NCBI RefSeq assembly: GCF_048593235.1
Contig: NC_133617.1
Coordinates: forward strand, 18,853,607 to 18,917,606
DNA: 64,000 nt
Source of the DNA: Sminthopsis crassicaudata
Lineage: Eukaryota
Direction: 5' to 3'
The notes under the pieces are model-generated. The model searched no databases, was not told where the DNA came from, and saw only the letters and a list, made by a program, of their open reading frames with translations. A program made the translations under genes and the position numbers. Positions 11,842 to 23,133 of this stretch are shown piece by piece (within the stretch, counting starts at the first letter, position 1; each line of letters starts with the position of its first letter).

Positions 11842-13069
11842 TAAAATCCCAAATTCTTTGGGAAGCTTTTCCCAGGCCTTCTTAATTCTAGTGCCTTCTC
11901 CATTCCCAGTTGATTCTGTCCATAGCTCATCTGAACAGTTAGTACACATCTGTCTACATGCTGTTTTCTCATCAGGGAATTCCCGGAGGACAGGGTCTTT
12001 CTTTGTCATACTAGAAGTTAGCCTGGCAAATAGTAGGTGCTTAATAGATGCTTCCTATTCAACTCTAACAAGACCACTGACAAGAGTGTGTCTGGGGTAG
12101 CCAGGCTGGTAACTGAGAGGGCATGATCAGGCAGGTGGGGGCACACTCCAAGGAGGATCCCTGAGATTTTAATCTGCCCCTAGGACACCTCAAAGGGAGG
12201 ACAGAAGCTCTGAAAGGTGGTCACCATATTCCTAGGCTGTGGTAGAAAAGATGGTCATGGAGGGTAAACTAAGGAGAGCTCAGGAGTCTCCGTTCTAGGG
12301 TTCTAGGACAAATTCCACAAGAAAGTCATCAAAGGATCATTCCAGAAGCATCTAAAGTAATAATCTGGGTCCAGGGAAAACCATCCCCTGCCTGGGAAGA
12401 CAGGAACAAAGATCAAGAGCCGCCCCCCCCAAATTCACAGAACTGGAGAGCTTCCCTAATACCCTGTTGTTTTCTACAGCATCCATCCAGTCTCTCCCTG
12501 AGAGTCTCCACTGACAGGGAGATCACTACCTTCCGAGCAAACCGTTTTGGCCAGACCAGACCAGAAAGACGTTGCCAAGTAGGAATTCATCTTTCTGTAA
12601 CTTCTGTCTACTTATTGGTCCTGATTAGGGATCGTCTGTTCCAACTGAGGAGTGACTAAAAGGGAACAGATTCATCGAACCCTGCATCTGGCCCACATTT
12701 CACCTCAGCCCACCCTGAAGACCTGCCACCTCCCCTGCGGTTTTGGCCCAGTCACCGAACCAGTCCCACAGAGGGGCAGTGACAGCAGAGCCATGGCTCC
12801 GCTTGCCAGTCCTGGGACCCCCGAACCCAGCCTGCCTCCCCTGGCTGCCATTGCTGAGAGGTCTCGCCCCTTCTTGAAGTCAGGAACCTTCTAATTGTAC
12901 CTGTATCCCTGTACTGAACACAAGGAGATGAGTCAATGCCTTTTCATTCACCCCTGCCCTTTCCCCTCTGGGTCAGAGGGGCTCATCTCCCCCGCTTTTC
13001 ACCCCTAGCTTTTTCTTGGCCGGGAAAGACGCTCGTGGCGAGGGTGGTGTCCCATCCAGAGGGAATTAC

Positions 13070-13166
13070 CTTGCTCGGCCGGTCACCACGGTTTGGGCCC
13101 AAGGCTCCATGATCTCCTTGAAGCTGTTCTGGTCAAAGAAGCCGCTTTGCCAGGCTCCCTTCACAG
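13070..13166 (-). CDS. ACACB: ACACB exon 31/39 ([10 protein letters not shown]...VTGRA R)
   Basis: tctccag acceptor, AG|gtaatt donor, 97 nt. Confidence 0.94.
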
Positions 13167-14730
13167 CTGGAGAAGAGAAGGAGAGAGGCTCGAGCTCCAG
13201 AGGCTGCTCTTTCCAAGATCGGGGCCACCAACGGACTGAGAAGTTCCCCGACCCCCCCCCTACACAACTGCTTTTCTAGACCACTAATCTTCCTTCCTTC
13301 CCAAGTGTCACTGGAACCACAAAAATAGAACCCCAAATTGGGAGATTATCATTCATCACCTACTATCTCCTCATTATGGGCCAGAGCCCCAGATCCAATT
13401 TTGGTCCTGCAACTTATTAATTATAAATAACTACCTCTCTCTGTGACTCAGTTTCCTTCTTTGTAAAAAGATGGTCTAAAGCTTCTTCTGACTTTAAATT
13501 CTGAGTCCTCACCAGCCGTCCCTCCCATCCCTTTGAGGTGTGATTTCATGATGGGGATATTAGCCTTTTTGTCCTTTCATGAGAGATAAGGCTGAAAATG
13601 AAAATATCTCCAAGGAAGGATTTAAATTTTCACTCAGGGCCAAATGTAGCATGGAAGGGAGGGAGGGAGGATCCATCATTTTCGGCTGTTTTTTTTTTTT
13701 GTCTTTAGAAGCTGAAGGGACTAGACAGAAAGATTCCCCCGGCTCCTCCCGATGACCCTCTCACCGAGGGTCCTTTTCCCAGAGGAAGGAGAGAAAATCA
13801 AGTAATTCACCACTAAGTGAGGAGAGAGAATCACACTTGAAGAGGGGAGACTGGAGCCCCTGGGACCAAGAATGAGAATAATCCTGAGCACCATTTGCAT
13901 GAATTTTTTAGGGTTTCAAAACACTTTCCTCCCATGATCCTGAGGCAAGTCAGTAAAGCATCGTCATGTGGGGGAACCAAGCTCAGAGGACACAGGAATC
14001 ACCCACAGCAAAGTTGCGTCCAGGCCATAAATGGAACCCTGCTCTCTTGACTCTCAGTTCAGAAATTTTCCACCAAATTGGTGAACTTCACCAATAGACA
14101 ATTCCCTTGACTACTTGCACAATTTAAACTGAAAACACAAGCAGGTGATTCCTTTCTCCAGATATTTTTATTTAAAATAGAGGAGAATGCTGTGTTCTGA
14201 CTTGTGTCCCATGTTGGGAATGGGACTGGGACTCTGCCTTTCATGCTCCCAGCCGCCAGAATCATGACCTCAGCATTGGTCTCCTGCTCCCCTTCTAGGG
14301 CAAGGATGTCCTCTCTAGGGACAGAGAAAAGGGAGATATCAAATCTCTCTCTGGGATAAGCTCTTGGAAGATTTACACTGGCCCAGCAGTCCGATTGGTG
14401 GAATAATCTGGGTAATGATGATGGGTAACTTCTACTCTGATGGGGGATTTAAAAACCTTCACTTAAAGGGAACCCCCTTCTGGGCCAAAAACTTTTTCAG
14501 CTGGCTTATCCCCAGGCTCCACCCAAATCCCAGGGGAACGTCAAGAACCTGACAGTTCTTACTGTGCCTTCTTGGGCACTGCCTTCGGTGGATGGCTTCT
14601 GAAACCTCTCAGAAAGCTTACAGACATCCTCAATCAATGTTCTACACGACCTGCAAGAGTGCTCTCAACCTCGGACTTTCTTAAGAGATCGGTAAAGGTC
14701 CCTAAGCCTGGAGAGGCAGCAGGGGCTTAC

Positions 14731-14851
14731 TTGGATGAGACCTTCCTGCTAACATCCAGCGGGGGTCGTAGGGGGCTTTGGAAGGAGTGAACTCGATGTC
14801 TCGGTCAATGGGGTCGGTAGGTGTGATGATGGGCACTGGGCTATGATTATC
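14731..14851 (-). CDS. ACACB: ACACB exon 30/39 ([10 protein letters not shown]...GRSHP T)
   Basis: ttcttag acceptor, A|gtaagc donor, 121 nt. Confidence 0.94.
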
Positions 14852-15059
14852 CTAAGAAAGAGAAAAAGGAAAATACTCTAGTCTCATTTTGAGGCACTAT
14901 CCTATGAAGAACAAAAGTAAAGAATTCATAATTTTTTTCTCCACAATTCTAATTTAGTGTGAAACAGCAAATTTCTTCTATGTATAGCCTTCTTTCTCTG
15001 CTCTGCTGTTCTTAAATAGTAAATGTTGCCTAGATGAGACTGGATGAAATCAGGAGACT

Positions 15060-16160
15060 ATTAAGAATACCCAGAAACAGTGCGGCAAATGATGGCGGAA
15101 GTTAGGGAGTACTGAAGAAAAGATAGAATAATAATAATAATGGGGTAATTATTAATATCAAAAATATCCAGGGAACAGGGAAGCAAATGATGGCAGGAGT
15201 CAAGGGGTGTTAAAGAAGAAGAATAAGGTGATTATTAATATTAACAATGTGCAAGAACAGGGAAGCAAANNNNNNNNNNNNNNNNNNNNNNNNNNNNNNN
15301 NNNNNNNNNNNNNNNNNNNNNNNNNNNNNNNNNNNNNNNNNNNNNNNNNNNNNNNNNNNNNNNNNNNNNNNNNNNNNNNNNNNNNNNNNNNNNNNNNNNN
15401 NNNNNNNNNNNNNNNNNNNNNNNNNNNNNNNNNNNNNNNNNNNNNNNNNNNNNNNNNNNNNNNNNNNNNNNNNNNNNNNNNNNNNNNNNNNNNNNNNNNN
15501 NNNNNNNNNNNNNNNNNNNNNNNNNNNNNNNNNNNNNNNNNNNNNNNNNNNNNNNNNNNNNNNNNNNNNNNNNNNNNNNNNNNNNNNNNNNNNNNNNNNN
15601 NNNNNNNNNNNNNNNNNNNNNNNNNNNNNNNNNNNNNNNNNNNNNNNNNNNNNNNNNNNNNNNNNNNNNNNNNNNNNNNNNNNNNNNNNNNNNNNNNNNN
15701 NNNNNNNNNATATTAACAATGTCCAGGAACAGGGAAGCAAANNNNNNNNNNNNNNNNNNNNNNNNNNNNNNNNNNNNNNNNNNNNNNNNNNNNNNNNNNN
15801 NNNNNNNNNNNNNNNNNNNNNNNNNNNNNNNNNNNNNNNNNNNNNNNNNNNNNNNNNNNNNNNNNNNNNNNNNNNNNNNNNNNNNNNNNNNNNNNNNNNN
15901 NNNNNNNNNNNNNNNNNNNNNNNNNNNNNNNNNNNAAACAAGAAAAAAAAAGAAACAAGAAGGAAGACGAGGAGGAGGAGGAGGAGGAGAAAGAAGGAAG
16001 AAGAGGGTGATTATTAATATTAACAATGTCCAGGAACAGGGAAGCAAATGATGGCCGCAGTTAGGAGATGTTAAAGAAGAGGCAGAGTGATTATTGATAT
16101 CAATAATGTCCAGGAATAGGCCAACAAAGGATGGCAGCAATCAGGGAGTGTTGGAGAAGA
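15060..16160. repeat. About 80-bp compound minisatellite with internal (GAA/GGA)n, partly N
   Basis: Recurrent attattaatattaacaatgtccaggaacagggaagcaaatgatggc motif. Confidence 0.85.
15270..15935. other. Unknown-base (N) runs 15270-15709 and 15742-15935; others at 3488-3615, 5297-5431 and 63468-63639
   Basis: Directly visible; all lie in low-complexity or repeat context. Confidence 0.98.
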
Positions 16161-16180
16161 GACACAGGATGATAATAATA

Positions 16181-16224
<44 letters not shown>

Positions 16225-16225
<1 letters not shown>

Positions 16226-16392
16226 AATTTTTTACCATGTTTTAACATATTTACTTGCCATTTAGGGGAGGGAAGAGGGGAGGGGGGAAGAGGAGGAAAC
16301 ATGGAACACAAGGTTTTGCAAGGGTTAATGTTGAAAAATTATCCGTGCAAATGTTTTAAAAATTAAAAAGCTTTAATAAAAAAAACTTTAAA
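16225..16392 (+). mobile_element. L1 3' terminus lying within a (GAT)n tract
   Basis: G-rich tract, gttgaaaaattatcc motif and A tail, with GAT repeats on both sides. Confidence 0.65.
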
Positions 16393-16556
16393 AATGATGA
16401 TGATGATAATGATGATGATCTAGCTTCCAGAGCGCCACCCAATGTCTTTCCCGCTTAATAATAATAATTCATGCCCATGGTGGAGAAAGGGAAGAGACTG
16501 GAATTTGTACGAGGACACACTAAGAGGTAATTTGAGCTTGCGTTCTGCGGTCTTAC

Positions 16557-16700
16557 CTTGGGCATGTAGGACAGCCACTCCAAGATGGTGTACACTCCCT
16601 CAAAGTCATCTGGAACGGTGATGTGGGAAATTCCATTAAAATGCATGATCTGCACGCCACCCAACTGGTTATTTGACGTATAAACTTCACGGCCGAGGAC
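16557..16700 (-). CDS. ACACB: ACACB exon 29/39 ([10 protein letters not shown]...SYMPK)
   Basis: gaaccag acceptor, AAG|gtaaga donor, 144 nt. Confidence 0.95.
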
Positions 16701-17688
16701 CTGGTTCAAAACCCAAAGTCAGTAAAACCCTGAACAGTCTGTGCCCCCGGCAGCCGGGGCTCGTCCCGCTGGCGCCCAGATCATGTGCTGGTCCAGACCG
16801 CCGGCCACAGCAGGGCCACCGCTGTGTCTGGCAGACAATCGCAGGATAACCAAGAGCTAGAACAGCCTCAGGTAAAGTCAGAGATGACCAGAAAGGGGAA
16901 CCTGGGACAGATGAGAGAACACCCAAAAAGTAGCCAGGGCAATTCCTGCTCATCTGTGTCAGTGGTGGGACCCACAGGAATCCAGGCTGCTGGAGCTGGA
17001 TAAACCTGAACCTGGCTCTTGCCACAGACAGCTCCTAGCTGAGCTGTGGACTCTAGATAAACCACTTAAATTCTCTCTCAGCCTCAGTTTCTCCATCTAT
17101 AAAATGAATGCATCGGACTCAGTGGTTCATAAGACCCTTCTCAGCTCCAGATCTAGGAAGCTATTATACTCCATTCCTTCCATAGAATCTTAGAATCAGG
17201 AGAGATCCGGGGCCATCCTGCCTCATCTGTACCTGCCTCCAGGGTCACCCTGACGAAGGGTCGTCCAATGAGCTGTGGAAGGACTAGGAACTCCTTGTTT
17301 TTGGCAGCCGCTTGGCCACAGCTTGAACTTGTAGGTATTTCTTCCCCAATTGAATCCTGGGACGGTCTAATACTGCTTTTCCATTCTAAGTCCACACATT
17401 TCCTCCCTGCCCCACGGTCATCTTCCTCCCCAGGTCTGCCTTTAACTGACCCCTGGAGGTCACACCCACTCACCTTCATGAACCGCCCCCCCCCAGATTT
17501 CCTGACAAGAGGCTTGGTCAGCCTCCCTACCAGGGAGGAGGAGAGACCAGCATGGGGGGAGGAAGGATTTAGAAGAGCACTGGGCCCAGAGAAGAGCTCC
17601 AGACTGCCACAATCAGGGAACAAGGGGCAGACAGTGGCGGGGATGACCGTCCTCCCTGCGCCCTCAGGAGACAATGGGCCCTGGTTAC

Positions 17689-17799
17689 CTTATTTAAAGC
17701 ACTCGCTCCTGTCAGGATGATGTGGGAATTATCAACCTGTATCACTCGCTGTCCCAGCCGCACCAGGTAGGCGCCGATTCCGATAGCCCGGCAAGTCAC
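17689..17799 (-). CDS. ACACB: ACACB exon 28/39 ([10 protein letters not shown]...SALNK)
   Basis: cctgtag acceptor, AAG|gtaacc donor, 111 nt. Confidence 0.95.
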
Positions 17800-18389
17800 C
17801 TACAGGAGACGAGACTGGGTCAGATCTGGAAAACCTCTGGGTCTGCTGCATCGGCTTGGCCAGTGCGGCCAGCCTCCTTCCATGGTCAAGGGCCTGGGGC
17901 TCTGCTGGAATGGGGCAGCAGCTTCCGGTGCTCAGCAGGTGACCCCCCCCCCAGGGTTGCCGTGGCCAGAACCCATCTACCGACTGCAGCTCCTTGAGGG
18001 ACGAGCCCTCCCACACCCAGCGAGGTGGCTTCTCGGGCCCAGGGCCACAGGCCAAGCCTTTCGAGCTCAGGATTGGCTGGAGCCCAGGAGGGTGATAACC
18101 TCTGAGAGGCTGGGGGGCTCCAGGTTTCTCAGAAATTTTATGAGAGCTCTCCTCCCAGCCATGTCTAGGATGCTATGGATTTTCTTTCATTTTTTTGCTG
18201 TTTCAGGAAAAAGCCAGTCTCTGGACTCCTCTGTGGCCAACTCGAGGCCCAGAGGCCTGACCTTCCCTTCCAAAAGGCCTGCTCTGGCAGGGTCACCTTC
18301 CACCAGAAGGCTGGACACTGAGAAAAGACCATTTTGGACACAGCATCTCACCCTTAAGGCTTAAATGGAAGCAACCAACATGGATGCCA

Positions 18390-18910
18390 GGAGGACAAGG
18401 GGAGGCCCCAGCCGGACAGCTGCCCAGGAGAACAGGGGAGGCCCCGGCCAGACAGGTGCCCAGGAGAACAAGGAAAGGCCCCAGCCGGACAGGTGCCCAG
18501 GAGAACAGGGGAGGCCCCGGCCAGACAGGTGCCCAGGAGGACAAGGGGAGGCCCTGGCTGGACGGGCTCCCAAGAGGACAAGGAGAGGCCCCAGCCGGAC
18601 AGCTGCCCAGGAGAACAGGGGAGGCCCCGACCAGACAGGTGCCCAGGAGAACAAGGAAAGGCCCCAGCCGGACAGCTGCCCAGGAGAACAGGGGAGGCCC
18701 CGACCAGACAGGTGCCCAGGAGAACAAGGAAAGGCCCTGGCTGGACGAGCTCCCAGGAAGACAAGAAGAGGCCCTGGCCAGACAGCTGCCCGGGAGGACA
18801 AGGGGAGGCCCTGGCTGGACGGGCTCCCAAGAGGACAAGGAGAGGCCCCAGCCGGACAGCTACCCAGGAGAACAAGGGGAGGCCCTGGTTGGATGGCTGC
18901 CCAGGAGGAC
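18390..18910. repeat. GC-rich minisatellite, 14 units of 36-37 bp plus a partial unit
   Basis: Unit about ggagaacaaggggaggccccagccggacagctgccca; variant units recur. Confidence 0.95.
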
Positions 18911-18916
18911 ACTCAC

Positions 18917-19037
18917 CATGCTGATGGTAATAATTTCCTCATAAGCCAGAGAGGACTCCCCAGCAATAGTGCCTGAGCCCCTCAGGTTCTCCACGCCGAG
19001 CCCATCATCCTTCCCGATGATGTCCGTGATGACGTAC
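18917..19037 (-). CDS. ACACB: ACACB exon 27/39 ([10 protein letters not shown]...ITISM)
   Basis: tgggcag acceptor, ATG|gtgagt donor, 121 nt. Confidence 0.94.
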
Positions 19038-19197
19038 CTGCCCAAATCAGGATCATGTCAGGTCAAGAACAGGCAGAGAAGAGCAGATTCAGACCCCGGC
19101 CAGGACGGTGGGGGGTGGGGGATGGGGGAGAGAACACTGCTTTGGTTCTTCCTCTCACAAATTAGGCCACCTTAGGCCTAGCTAAGCCCGAGTTCTA

Positions 19198-19256
19198 TGA
19201 GGTTTTGCAGGGGTCAGTGTTGAAAAATTACCCACGCATATGTTTTGAAAATAAAA
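19198..19256 (+). mobile_element. Extremely truncated L1 3' terminus (59 bp)
   Basis: Matches the terminal motif gttgaaaaattacc...catatgttttgaaaataaaaaa; 14-bp TSD aagcc(c/t)gagttcta. Confidence 0.7.
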
Positions 19257-20057
19257 AAGCCTGAGTTCTAGGTCCCTCCCCGCTTGCGTTCTCTGTTCCA
19301 AGGTTCTGACATTGCCTAAGTCTAGAATCCTCAGCGACTCATGGAACTTGAGCCCTCTCTGCCCCAAAGAAGTGTAGTCCAAGCTCTGGTGTCCAGAGGC
19401 CGCTCGGCTGCAAGGTCTTTGAGGGAGGGCACACATCCGGCTTCTCCTGCCTAAATATCCCCCCTCATTCCTTGTGCTTCAGTGCCCCCCCTTCCTATAA
19501 GACACAAGCCAATCACCACTTTTTACATGAAGGTCTTTCTTTCAGTCCTTCACCCTCATCCGCCTTTTCTCCCAGACTATCTCGTCACAAACAACTCTGT
19601 CTCTAGTTCCATTTATTATTATACATAATTAATAATTAGAATTTATATTTATAGAGTCTCTATTTAGATAGGTCCTACCAGACCTGAAGCTAGAACAGAA
19701 CTACTAGAACAGAAGCTTTCCAGCAGGAAGGAATCACATTGTTCTGTGTACCTGCAGTCCGGCACAGGACCCAGCACACAGCAGGCCCTGAATAAATACT
19801 TGTGGATTGGCCATCCCATCACAACAAGAGACGTTCCTATACCGGGTCAAACAAAGTACATGGAGCGTCCTACAAGTCACTCAATTTGCCCCCACACGAG
19901 GATCTGGATCCTCCCTCCATGGAGCAGATTGCAGCCCAAGGAGTCAAAGGTCAAAGTCAAAGAATTCCACGAGATGCTCAATTGGAGTCTGTTAACTATG
20001 GGACCCAGCGACCGCAACTCTGTGGGCAGAGGGGCCGGCTGCCCTGACGCTGCTCAC

Positions 20058-20155
20058 CTGGACTCTCCTTCCTCCTCCACGTGCATGCAATGGACCGAGT
20101 TCAGGGAGCTGATCTTGGTGTAGTCTTGTGGAGTCAGGTAAAGGTATTTAAATCC
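20058..20155 (-). CDS. ACACB: ACACB exon 26/39 ([10 protein letters not shown]...EEGES R)
   Basis: atttgaag acceptor (weak), AG|gtgagc donor, 98 nt. Confidence 0.91.
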
Positions 20156-20984
20156 CTTCAAATCAAACGCACCAGTTATCCCAAGCTTCCTCAGCTCCAC
20201 CCTCCCACCCCTCTGCTGCTGTGTGGGCTCGCCTCGTCCTTATCTCTCTACAGACCTATCTGGACTGGGATTGTGCCCATCCTTTCCTACTCCCCCTCCC
20301 CCCGACTGGAGGGCCACTCCCAGCCTCATTTTGCCTCGGACCCCTTCTGGCAGTCACTTTCTCCCCGGGGGAGGCAGGCCTTCTCGGGAATTCCCTCCAA
20401 GCCACTTTGGGCACCTCTGGGAGGGGTTCCCAGGCTGGGGTTTGGGTGGAGGAGAGACAGGGCATGGGCGGCCTTGAAGCAGAAGGTTGGTGACATCACT
20501 GAGGATGTGGGATGGCCGAGGTCAGGCTGGGCTTCCAAACAGGAGGATCTGGATCCTCTCTCCATGGAGCAGATGGCAGCCCAAGGAGTTTTAAAAGTCA
20601 GTCAGGGAATTCTGCTTTGTTTTTAGGAGCTGAATCTCCTCTGGGCTCTCCTGAGAGGCAGATAGCGGGGAATTGCTGGATCTAAAAGCACTAAGTCCCT
20701 GGTCCGGCCTCCAAGAGGAAGGGCCCCCAGAGGGTCCTGAGGGGTGTCCCCATTGGGTTTCCAGAGGCCAGGAAACAGCACCCCCTCCCTTGTCTTATGT
20801 GCCCTTTTAACAGAGATAATGGGCTGAATCAGAGACTTTCTGGACCTTGGTCGGAGGGGAGGGGAGGGCCCCTGCCCACTCCCTGACCTTGCCCACTCTG
20901 GGCAGCGCCAGGCTGGTTCCGTTAGCACGGGGCCGGCCTCCCACTGCCTTTTTGGGTGGCCCCCTGGCAGGGCCCGGGACGCAC

Positions 20985-21254
20985 CTTGCAGGGGTCCTCA
21001 GGGTCGAGCCAGGCCACGTGGAACATGTGCCGGATCTCTTCGGCCAGGCCGATGCGGGCCCCGCTGTTGGCGGAGAGGTAGATCTTGGGGATTCCCTCGG
21101 CCCGGGCCAGCTGGGACACGCGCAGGAACAGCAGGTCCTCCTCCTGGCCGAAGGAGCCGATGCGGAAGGTGATGTCATTGCCGATGACGATGATGTAGCG
21201 GCCGTCAGGGTACTCTCGGGTCTTGAGCAGCATTTTGAAAGCCACCATGCCCAC
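20985..21254 (-). CDS. ACACB: ACACB exon 25/39 (VGMVAFKM...[12 protein letters not shown]...[10 protein letters not shown]...EDPCK)
   Basis: ccctcag acceptor, AAG|gtgcgt donor, 270 nt; CT-domain motifs present. Confidence 0.95.
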
Positions 21255-21341
21255 CTGAGGGAGGAGAGAGGGAGACTACAGACGGAGGCCACGGCCCGGA
21301 CCGGGGCCCAGCCCTGCGGCCGCCGGGGACAACCGCCTCAC

Positions 21342-21464
21342 CTCGTTCCCTCCGGGGAGCCTGTTCATCTCCACCAGCTGCCCCTGAGAGTCCAGCACGA
21401 GCTCGGTGCAGGTCAGAACATCCTTGGGCTGCTTTTCAGAGGAGCCCCACAGCTTGTAAAGAGC
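21342..21464 (-). CDS. ACACB: ACACB exon 24/39 ([10 protein letters not shown]...PGGNE)
   Basis: tctgcag acceptor, GAG|gtgagg donor, 123 nt. Confidence 0.94.
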
Positions 21465-22311
21465 CTGCAGAGATGACAAGCGGGGTATCGGCCCCTCAGC
21501 CAGGCCCAGGGCACACTCCCGAGCCCTGTGCCCCCGGGGAGGTTCCCCTCCTGTCCCTCCCTGCACCTCATGGGCGCGGGTGAAGTGGACAAGGGCTCAT
21601 CGGCCCACACCTTCACCCCCAGCACCTTGTGAGGACGGATGTTTCACTCTGGGCACCTGTATCAACAGAACTTAGTAGAGTGCCTGGCACACAGCAAGTG
21701 CTTAATAAATGCCTGCTGATGACCAACTGATTAAATGTACTGCCTATTTCCACTGGACTAGACCAACAGCTATATTTTATATAACTTTAAACTTAAATAC
21801 ATGGGACCACTACATGGAATTCATCATCTGCCCCACAGACAGGGACTATTTGTCTTCCCCACCCCTGGTGCCCAGTGCCCAGTAGGGCATGCAACTGGGA
21901 CTATTTCACATTTGTCCTCTCCACCTCCAGTGTCCAGCGCACAGTAGGCCATACAACTAGAACTATTTCATATTTGTCTTCCCCACTCCTGGTGCCCAGC
22001 ACACAGTAGGGCATCTAACTGAGGCTGAAAGAGCATCAATGCCGACATTCTAATGGAAGTCAGAAGACATACTTCATTTACAGAAGGATTTCAGAACATA
22101 ACTGTACACATACATGCACATACGGGTGTGTGCAGACACACACGAGACCCCCTAAGTGACTCCTAGAATTCCGTAACGGGACCACCAAACTCCTCCCCCC
22201 GTCCCAAGGCCCCCTAAAGCACACGTTTTCCTGCCTTCGGCCTCTGCAGGGCGGCGGCAATCACCGGGGAGGCCGCCTCCAGGAGGCCCAAGACCCAGGG
22301 CCGGGACTTGC

Positions 22312-22467
22312 CTGTTTGAACATTTCTGGGAAGTCATAGATGTAGGTGGTTCCCAGAGACTGAGCCTGAAATCTCTTGGCCTGGAGCAAGTCTTTGGTCA
22401 CGTAGGGCGTGTTGATCAGCATCCCGTGCTGAGCACCCTGTTTGTTCCCGAAGGAGTGGAACATGAT
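22312..22467 (-). CDS. ACACB: ACACB exon 23/39 ([10 protein letters not shown]...PEMFKQ), GC donor, start of CT domain
   Basis: tttctag acceptor, CAG|gcaagt donor, 156 nt. Confidence 0.92.
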
Positions 22468-23133
22468 CTAGAAAGGGAGGGAGACAGAAGCGGACCCGGG
22501 CGTTTTTCTCTCCTCTCGGGCGCTGCCTTGGAGGACGCCGGATGGGGGCTGGAGGGAAGGCCTGGGCGGCTCCCGCTCCCTCCCTGCCCTCCTCGTTCCA
22601 TTGGCAGAAAGCAGTCACCCAGAAAGCGTGGCTCCCTTCAGACAGCTTTCCTACGGGCCCTTCAGGGACACCAGGGCTTTGTCCAACTTGCACTATAACC
22701 CCCTGGGCTACAGAGGTCAAAGGATGATTCCCCAGCACTTTTCCTGGCCCTAACCTTAGTTACCTGGGAACAAACTTCTTCCCCTATTCAACAAGTATCC
22801 TTTCCTTTTATCCCCAGGGTAGAGCCCTGCATCTAGAAGGTGATTAATAAATGTCTGCTGAATGTTCCTAATCTCTCTTGCTGCAATCGTATGTTTACTT
22901 TTTTACATCCTAGTGATTTCCAAAAGCCAGAGGGGATTTCACTTTTGTCTCTATCACCCAGCAGGGTCTAGCATACACCAGGCGCTTAATGCGTGTGGAC
23001 TGGCTGGGTTCTCGGGGCCTCTGCCTGTCCCTTCTAGGGCCCAAAAGCCCCAGCCTCAGTTTATCGGCGAACCCTCTGCTGGGAGGGGGAAGTTGAGGAG
23101 AACAGCCCACCGTGAGACCGCCCCGTTTCTTAC

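Larger units (their letters stand above)
20900..21620. promoter_or_regulatory. Intragenic CpG-rich patch over exons 24-25
   Basis: Many CG dinucleotides in both exons and the 87-nt intron between them. Confidence 0.45.

Noticed and set aside
15207-16140. Long ORFs made mostly of X (also near 3.5, 5.3 and 63.5 kb)
   Set aside because: Artefacts of N runs lacking stop codons
18293-18976. Six overlapping Pro/Gly/Arg-rich ORFs, and a possible CRISPR-like array
   Set aside because: They come from a stop-poor 36-37-bp minisatellite. There are no unique spacers, the DNA is eukaryotic, and the ACACB frame hits a stop at 18860.
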